Shown here: one piece after another, positions 58,342-64,000 of the stretch
Layout of the letters: the number at the start of each line of letters is the position of its first letter
Numbering within the stretch: position 1 is the first letter of the stretch
NCBI GenBank assembly: GCA_963841915.1
Contig: CAWJEN010000006.1
Location: 320,001-384,000 of the forward strand
DNA: 64,000 nt
Source of the DNA: an uncultured Planctomycetota bacterium
GTDB taxonomy: Bacteria > Planctomycetota > Phycisphaerae > Tepidisphaerales > Tepidisphaeraceae
Reading direction: 5' to 3'
Made by a program: the position numbers and the translations under genes
The notes under the pieces: model-generated
What the model was told of the DNA's origin: nothing
Databases searched by the model: none
The model's input: only the letters and a program-made list of their open reading frames with translations

Positions 58342-58968
58342 CTACGCCGCCTGGGCGAGCTTCGGGCCGGCCTTCTGAGCCTGGGCGCTGATGGCGTCGG
58401 CGAAGGCGTTCTTGAGGTGCTGCGGGAACTGACGAGCCGAGTCGTCGCCCCACTTGCCGCGGAGCGGGACGTCGCTGAGATCGAGCCGTCCGCGGGCGTC
58501 CCAGAGCAGGTCGACGAGGGCCTCGAACATCTCGCTGGCCTTGGCGTCGGGTTGGGGGCCGTACTCCTGGACGAGCCACAGCAGCTCGCGGGCGCGGTCG
58601 AGGGTCTCGGGCCGCATGTTGATCTGCTTGCGAGGCGGGCCGCTCCGCTCGAACTTCGACCGGGCCGACGCCGGCAAGGTGGTCGTCGACCCCCCCGCAC
58701 CGCCCTGCCCTGCCGCCTGTCTCCTGGGCGTGGTGCGACGGACGACCGGCTTTGCGGCAGGCTGCTCGGCTTCGATTGGGGCCGGTTTCGGCTCCGGGGC
58801 CGCCTCTTGTTTGACGGCCGGGGGTGTGGGGGCGTCGTCAAGATAATCGCCCAGTTGGACCGGCTGAGCCGGCTTGCGGCCGAGCATGGGCGAGCCCAAG
58901 CCGAAACCGGCCGGCAGCCCGCGGGCCTGGGCCGGGCGACGCTGCTTCGTGTCATTGGTGTCGTTCAT
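58342..58968 (-). CDS. Hypothetical ParA partner; putative centromere-binding adaptor (not ParB-like)
   Basis: Starts 5 bp after the parA stop. Long Pro/Ala-rich disordered N-terminus, then an RHH-like segment RKQINMRPETLDRARELL...KASEMFEALVDLL. Confidence 0.6.
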   Translation of the reverse strand: MNDTNDTKQRRPAQARGLPAGFGLGSPMLGRKPAQPVQLGDYLDDAPTPPAVKQEAAPEPKPAPIEAEQPAAKPVVRRTTPRRQAAGQGGAGGSTTTLPASARSKFERSGPPRKQINMRPETLDRARELLWLVQEYGPQPDAKASEMFEALVDLLWDARGRLDLSDVPLRGKWGDDSARQFPQHLKNAFADAISAQAQKAGPKLAQAA

Positions 58969-58972
58969 GGAC

Positions 58973-59989
58973 TCAGGCAACGGCGGCCTCCTTCTTGGTC
59001 TTGCGGGTCTGGGCGGTCGTGTGCTTGGCCACGACGTCAGGGTTGAGGGTCAGCTCGGCGGTGGGCTCGATCGTCTCGCCCCGCCGCTCGGCCTCCCACG
59101 AGTCGATGCGGCCGATGAGCTCGCGCGCAACCTTGGCAAACTGCTGGCTGGCCGGCTGGTCGGGGGCGTGCTCGAAGATCGTGCGGTTGTACACGGTCGC
59201 CTCGCGGTGCCGGACGCTGGTGTTGACCGTCGTCGAGAACAGGACGCCCTCGCCGTACGTCTCCTGCAGGCGGGCGTAGAGGTCGCGGTCGAGCCGGGCC
59301 ACATGGTTGAAGTTGCCCAGCAACACGCCCAAAAGCTCGAGGTCGGGGTTAAACCGCTGGCGGACCTTTTCGGCGGTGCGGGCCAGGTCGATGAGGCCCT
59401 TCATGTCGTAGCCGCTGGGGAACGTCGGGATCAGCAGCCAGTCTGCGGCGATCAGGCTGGTCGTCATCAGGTAGCCCAGCTCGGGCGGCGTATCGATCAC
59501 GACAAAGTCGTACCGGCCACGCAACGCGTCGAGCGACCGCTTGAGCCGGGTGCGGTGCGTGTCACGCAGTTCGTCGGCATCGAGCGGCGACGCCCCGCCG
59601 CCAGCGAGTTGGCCGTGCATGTCGGCCTCGAGCCGCTTTTCAACGGTGCCGAGACCGCGGTTGCCGGGGATGAGCGACGGCCGGATGCCGTGCGCACCGA
59701 AGGCCGGCTCTTCGCCGTCAGCGAGTGCAGGCGGGACGAAGATCTCGACCTCGGTGGCCGGCACGTCGGTGAGGTAGACGTCGGCGAGGCTCAGTCCGCC
59801 GGCGGCGGCGTGGGCGTCACGGTCGAGGCCGAGGTGATCGGTGGTGTTGCACTGCGGGTCGGTGTCGACAAGGCAGCAGGTGTAGCCGAGCTTGACGAAC
59901 GCCGCCGCCAGGGAGATTGCGGTGGTGCTTTTGCCGCAACCGCCCTTCTGGTTGGCGAGCGTGATGATCTGGGTGTGGTCGAGTTTCAT
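58973..59989 (-). CDS. parA: ParA/Soj family Walker-type ATPase
   Basis: NQKGGCGKSTT, LVDTDPQCN, YDFVVIDTPP and LGVLL; no N-terminal HTH. Confidence 0.92.
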   Translation of the reverse strand: MKLDHTQIITLANQKGGCGKSTTAISLAAAFVKLGYTCCLVDTDPQCNTTDHLGLDRDAHAAAGGLSLADVYLTDVPATEVEIFVPPALADGEEPAFGAHGIRPSLIPGNRGLGTVEKRLEADMHGQLAGGGASPLDADELRDTHRTRLKRSLDALRGRYDFVVIDTPPELGYLMTTSLIAADWLLIPTFPSGYDMKGLIDLARTAEKVRQRFNPDLELLGVLLGNFNHVARLDRDLYARLQETYGEGVLFSTTVNTSVRHREATVYNRTIFEHAPDQPASQQFAKVARELIGRIDSWEAERRGETIEPTAELTLNPDVVAKHTTAQTRKTKKEAAVA

Positions 59990-60151
59990 GCTGCTGTGCC
60001 TGGTGACTGCTGTGCCGATGGGCCGTCGTCGGTGTTGACCGGTGGTCCGTCGCGGCGGCGTCCTGCCATGCCACGGGACCACAGGTGTGTTATCGGCCGA
60101 CACCGGCGGGCGGCTCCAGTGGTGGCGCGGAAGAACGGGGTGGGGGTCAGA

Positions 60152-60303
60152 AGGCACGGAGGCACGGAGGCACGGAGGCACGGAGGCACGGAGGCACGGA
60201 GGCACGGAGGCACGGAGGCACGGAGGCACGGAGGCACGGAGGCACGGAGGTGCGGAGGCACGGAGGTGCGGAGGTGCGGAGGTGCGGCAGTATGGAGGCA
60301 CAC
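60152..60303 (+). repeat. 8-bp tandem array (AGGCACGG/AGGTGCGG) upstream of parA
   Basis: Twelve perfect AGGCACGG units (60152-60247), then AGGTGCGG, AGGCACGG, three AGGTGCGG, CAGTATGG and AGGCACAC in the same register. Confidence 0.95.
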
Positions 60304-60479
60304 TGTTGCAGTGGCGTGCGGATACGCCGGGATGCTGGTCCGGCGGATCAGCGGTCGGCTGCGATGGCGGATCAGGTGGCTGCCGGTCGGCTGCTGAAGC
60401 GGTGCTGCGGTGGGCCAGTGCTCCTCTGGGTGATCCGCTGCAGCGGTCGACCTGTTGGCGGCCATGGCAGCGTGGCACT

Positions 60480-60505
60480 GTGGCAGTGTGGAGGCACACT
60501 GCCAC
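60480..60505. repeat. Perfect 11-bp inverted repeat sharing the array's GGAGGCAC core
   Basis: GTGGCAGTGTG-GAGG-CACACTGCCAC. Confidence 0.85.
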
Positions 60506-60682
60506 GCCGGACTAGCGGCGCTACGGCATGCTGGGGCAGCGGTTTGGCGGTCTGCCGGATGTGCTCGATGCCGACGCAACGGCCTAGCGGCAGATCGTCA
60601 TGCCGTTAGTGCTCTGCAGCGGTCAAGCCGTGAGCACCTGCCTCAGAATCACTAATCCTCTTTGAAAAACGGCAAATCTAAC

Positions 60683-60910
60683 TCACTCGCCTTCGCGTTC
60701 GAGCCGCCGTTGGCGGGCACGGTTGCTGAGCAAGACTACGGCGACAGCAACGCCGCCGCCCAAGGCGGCGCCGGGCAGGACGAGAATGCGCATGTATCGC
60801 TTTCGCGATTCGGCCGTCTCCTGGGCACTCATTTGGGTTGTCGGCGGGGCGAACGTGCTCGGCTGGGTCGTGCCGACGGCAAGCGTTGCGGCAAGGAGCA
60901 GGGCGGACAT
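60683..60910 (-). CDS. Small membrane protein
   Basis: Hydrophobic leader, TTQPST motif, one TM helix and a basic tail. Confidence 0.55.
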   Translation of the reverse strand: MSALLLAATLAVGTTQPSTFAPPTTQMSAQETAESRKRYMRILVLPGAALGGGVAVAVVLLSNRARQRRLEREGE

Positions 60911-60944
60911 AAGATGACTCTACCGCTGTAGAGGCAGGGCGTTG

Positions 60945-61781
60945 TCAGTTCTGCGACGGCCCGTAGGCCGACTGGACGAGCTCGCGGATGATCGCAGCAA
61001 CGGCTGACGGGTCCTCGATCGGGCTCATGTGCCCGACACCTTCGAGAATGGACAGGGTGCCGAGCTTGGGTTGATCGGCGACCGCTTGGGCCTCGGCAAG
61101 CTGAACGATCTGATCCTCTTGACCGGCCACGACGGCTACGGGAATCCGCAGTCCCTTGAGCACGCCGGAATAATCCTTGCGATCTCCCATGGCCCTGGAC
61201 GCGCGGCCGATGGTCGGTGCGGGCGTGTCGAGCATCAGGCGCAGGAGGCTCTCGCTGCAACCGGGCGCGTTGCGGTAGGTGTCGTGGGCGAGCATCTTGG
61301 GGTGCATGCCGTCGACGACGGCCGCGGTGCCGCGGGCGTTGGCGAGGTTGGCCGTGGCGACCCGCGCCGCCTTGGCCGCTTCACCGTCGGCGGCCGACCG
61401 CGTGTTGACAAGGCCTAGCCCTAGCAGGTCGTCCGCCCACTGGTCGGCGAACGACTGGGCGACGTACCCGCCCATGGACAGCCCGACCATCACGCAAGGT
61501 AGGGCGTCGAGCTCGATCAGCAACGCCCGAACGTCGCCCGCCAGCTCCTCGATCGTAAAATCCTCGTCGGCGACGAAAGGGCCGAAGCCGCGCAGGTTCG
61601 GGCAAATAACGCGGTAGTCGGCCGCCAGGAGCTGGGCCACATCGTGCCAGATGCGCGCGTTGAGGGGGAAGCCGTGCAACAGGACGACCGTCTTGACCAC
61701 ACTGCCATCGGGATCGGCGGGCGACACGGGACCGTCGACGTGATACGTGGTGGTTCTGCCTTGAAGTACGAGCTTTTTCAT
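60945..61781 (-). CDS. Alpha/beta hydrolase
   Basis: LLHGFP, LRGFG, GLSMGG nucleophile elbow, ED and GHMSPIE. Confidence 0.92.
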   Translation of the reverse strand: MKKLVLQGRTTTYHVDGPVSPADPDGSVVKTVVLLHGFPLNARIWHDVAQLLAADYRVICPNLRGFGPFVADEDFTIEELAGDVRALLIELDALPCVMVGLSMGGYVAQSFADQWADDLLGLGLVNTRSAADGEAAKAARVATANLANARGTAAVVDGMHPKMLAHDTYRNAPGCSESLLRLMLDTPAPTIGRASRAMGDRKDYSGVLKGLRIPVAVVAGQEDQIVQLAEAQAVADQPKLGTLSILEGVGHMSPIEDPSAVAAIIRELVQSAYGPSQN

Positions 61782-61991
61782 AGCAGTTGGGATCTCGGTT
61801 GCCCGCGGGTACAAGAAGTGCACATCAAAAGTGCGATGTCGACATCCCGGCCGGGCCAAACTCGGTCTGTGAACGGTATAGACCGCTTGTGTCGGGCGTG
61901 GCAACAGGCAAAGTTTCGAAGCGATCAAGGTGGGGGCAGCATCCTGGGCTCCAGAGCGTCGACCATCTGCTGCGTCCCGTACGCTTGCGGT

Positions 61992-63329
61992 ATGGCTGAC
62001 CACCGGTACGAAGGCAATGCGACACCCGGCGGTGACGGGTCGGCTCGGCTGGCATGGGGGCTGTTCGTGGCCATCCTGGCGGCGCTGGCGCTGCGCGGGG
62101 CCGGCGGGGCAGGGGCGGTGACGGCCGACGAGGCCGACTTCGTCCGGACGCTCTTCGAGGTCAAGGATCGCGTCGAGCGCGACTACGTCCGAGACGTCGA
62201 ACCCGACGCCCTGCGACTGGCAGCCATTCAGGGCATGCTGCAGCTGGCAACCGATCGCAACACCATCTTCATCCCACCGGCCGATCAGGCGGAGTTCGAG
62301 AACCGCTTGCAGGGCACGTTCGTCGGCATTGGTGTCCAAGTCGAGCCGCTGGATCAGGGTGTCGGCGTGCTGCGCTCATTTCGCGGCAGCCCTGCCAGAG
62401 AAGCCGGTCTGACATCGGGCGATGTCATCATCCAGGCCGACGAGCACGATCTGGCCGGTCTGACGCTCGAAGATGCGACGGATTACATCAAAGGACCGGC
62501 CGGTACGACGGTGGACCTGAAGATACGCCGGCCTGAGGTTGAAGAGGCGATCAAGATGACGGTTGCCCGCGCTGTCGTGCCCTCGCCCGTGGTCGATGGC
62601 TTCGGCTACAACGACGAGGACGAGCCGACATTTCTCGTGACGACGCAGGTGCCGGAGGTAGGCACGGGGGAGCTGCCGCGGATCGCATTCGTGCGGCTGA
62701 CGGAGTTTGTGCCCGACGCCGCAGCCAAGGTGCGTGCCGCGGCCCAGCAGGTGGCCGACGGTGGGGGAATCGACGGATTGATTCTGGACCTGCGTGGCAA
62801 CCCGGGCGGGCGGCTGACCGAGGCCGTCGCGTTGGCTGACCTGTTCTTGCCCGCCGGACGGCTCATCACGTGGCAGGGCGGCAAACGCGTCGTTGCACCG
62901 CCTTACCTGTCAAATGACGCCACCGACGAGTTGGGCGCACGGCTCGAGGACATTCCGCTGGTGGTTCTTGTCGACCTCGCCAGCGCCAGTGCGAGCGAGA
63001 TTGTCAGCGGCGCGCTCGGCGAAAACGATCGGGCCACGCTTGTCGGTACGCCAACTTTCGGCAAGGGCAGCGTCCAGGGCGTGTTCGGCATCGGCAACGG
63101 TGGGCAGCTCGGCAGCCTCAAACTCACCGAGGCCTACTACCACCTGCCCGACGGCCGCGTGCTTGAACGCACCGCCGACGGTCGTTCGTTCGGCGTTCAG
63201 CCCGACATTTTCGTGCCGTACGCAGACGGCGACGCCCGGCAGCTCGGCGAGGACGGGCCGCCTTATCCCAAGCAAATGTGGCGGGCGTACGAGGTGCTGC
63301 TCGCCGAGTTGGCGTTGCGGAGCGAGTGA
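61992..63329 (+). CDS. S41 carboxyl-terminal processing protease (CtpA/Prc-like)
   Basis: PDZ (FVGIGV, SPAREAGL), LDLRGNPGG, SASASEIV and TFGKGSVQ. Confidence 0.92.
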   Translation: MADHRYEGNATPGGDGSARLAWGLFVAILAALALRGAGGAGAVTADEADFVRTLFEVKDRVERDYVRDVEPDALRLAAIQGMLQLATDRNTIFIPPADQAEFENRLQGTFVGIGVQVEPLDQGVGVLRSFRGSPAREAGLTSGDVIIQADEHDLAGLTLEDATDYIKGPAGTTVDLKIRRPEVEEAIKMTVARAVVPSPVVDGFGYNDEDEPTFLVTTQVPEVGTGELPRIAFVRLTEFVPDAAAKVRAAAQQVADGGGIDGLILDLRGNPGGRLTEAVALADLFLPAGRLITWQGGKRVVAPPYLSNDATDELGARLEDIPLVVLVDLASASASEIVSGALGENDRATLVGTPTFGKGSVQGVFGIGNGGQLGSLKLTEAYYHLPDGRVLERTADGRSFGVQPDIFVPYADGDARQLGEDGPPYPKQMWRAYEVLLAELALRSE

Positions 63330-63358
63330 CGTGGCTCACTTCTGACGTGGCTCACTTC
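63327..63358 (+). repeat. 16-bp perfect tandem duplication between convergent genes
   Basis: TGACGTGGCTCACTTC occurs twice. Confidence 0.85.
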
Positions 63359-64000
63359 TCGAAGATCGACGCCAAAGCCGCCGCATCGGGCACGTCGTCG
63401 GCCCGCGGTGAGGCGTAGAAGCGGCAGCGGGCGAGGTACAAGAGCTCTTCGTAGATGAGCCGGTGCCGGCTGACCATGTCGGCCAGCAGGGCCATCGCCA
63501 TCAGCAGCACGCCGATCATTGTGCCGACGAGCCCAAGGGTCAGGAACTGTGTGAACGGCGTGATGGTGCCCGTCCACAACGCCCAGGCGGCGGCGAAACC
63601 CAGCGTCAGCAGGCCCGGTAACAGCGCAATCGACGCCAGGACGCCGAAGAACTTCATCGGCCGACCGTCGCGGACCGCGCGGAGCAAGATGTGCGACAGG
63701 TGGCTGGCAAAGTAGACGACGTTGCTGGCCACGCGGCTCTTGCCGTGCTCGCGTTCGCCTTGCACGACGAAGGGCATTTCCTTGATCCGCAGGCCGCGGT
63801 TGACGAGGTAGACGATGCACTCTTCGGTGTACGTCCAGCGGCCGAACTGCAGCAGGCGGTAGGCCGACTCGCGGTTGTACGCCCGGAATCCGCAGGAGAC
63901 GTCGGTGAAGTTCGTGCCGCAGACGAAGTTGGCCAAGGCCGTGACGAGCTTGTTGCCGAGCCGCTTGACGAGCGGCATCTTGCCCGCCGGTCCGCCACCG
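63352..64000 (-). CDS. Glycosyltransferase family 2 (polyprenol-phosphate glycosyltransferase-like), 5' end outside window
   Basis: KRLGN, TDVSCGFRAY and REHGKSR; two C-terminal TM helices. Confidence 0.85.
   Translation of the reverse strand, partial: GGGPAGKMPLVKRLGNKLVTALANFVCGTNFTDVSCGFRAYNRESAYRLLQFGRWTYTEECIVYLVNRGLRIKEMPFVVQGEREHGKSRVASNVVYFASHLSHILLRAVRDGRPMKFFGVLASIALLPGLLTLGFAAAWALWTGTITPFTQFLTLGLVGTMIGVLLMAMALLADMVSRHRLIYEELLYLARCRFYASPRADDVPDAAALASIFEK

Noticed and set aside
60152..60303. Repeat array as a CRISPR array
   Set aside because: The units are contiguous 8-mers with no unique spacers, and there are no cas genes in the window.
59990..60609. 172-aa N-terminal extension of ParA and the overlapping repeat ORFs (PPCLRASV, RRHGGTEA)
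   Set aside because: These are translations of a stop-free 8-bp DNA repeat that is open in several frames. ParA homology begins at ATG 59989.

Overview
A GC-rich chromosomal segment, most likely from a Planctomycetota (Phycisphaerae/Tepidisphaerales-like) bacterium. The lineage is inferred from a prepilin/H-X9-DG protein, PEP-CTERM proteins and recurrent ATQP motifs. Most of the window is housekeeping and envelope genes: crtI-family desaturase, ECF sigma/anti-sigma pair, rpmF, bcp, ribD, lspA, SOD, DksA-like, mqnD, a TetR-RND operon, glycosyltransferases, tRNA-Glu, a probable 6S RNA, dnaA, rfbB and a CtpA-type protease. The most unusual part surrounds dnaA. Just downstream of dnaA are a small RHH gene and a large initiator-like gene with a duplicated winged-helix-type domain. 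That gene contains six 20-bp dyad-symmetric iteron-like repeats beside a T-rich tract, resembling a lambda-O-type internal origin. About 6-8 kb on the other side of dnaA are a ParA, a non-ParB RHH-like partner, an 8-bp tandem array and a flanking 19-bp motif, which together resemble a plasmid type Ib partition unit. I saw no integrase and no DnaA-box cluster, while two canonical parS palindromes lie about 30 kb away. The hypothesis is a domesticated plasmid/phage-type replicon built into the chromosomal origin region. Other items of note are an anti-sigma factor with two Wza-like repeats, a histone-H1-like DksA and two probable single-base frameshifts. All protein family calls come from motif recognition by eye; no searches were run.
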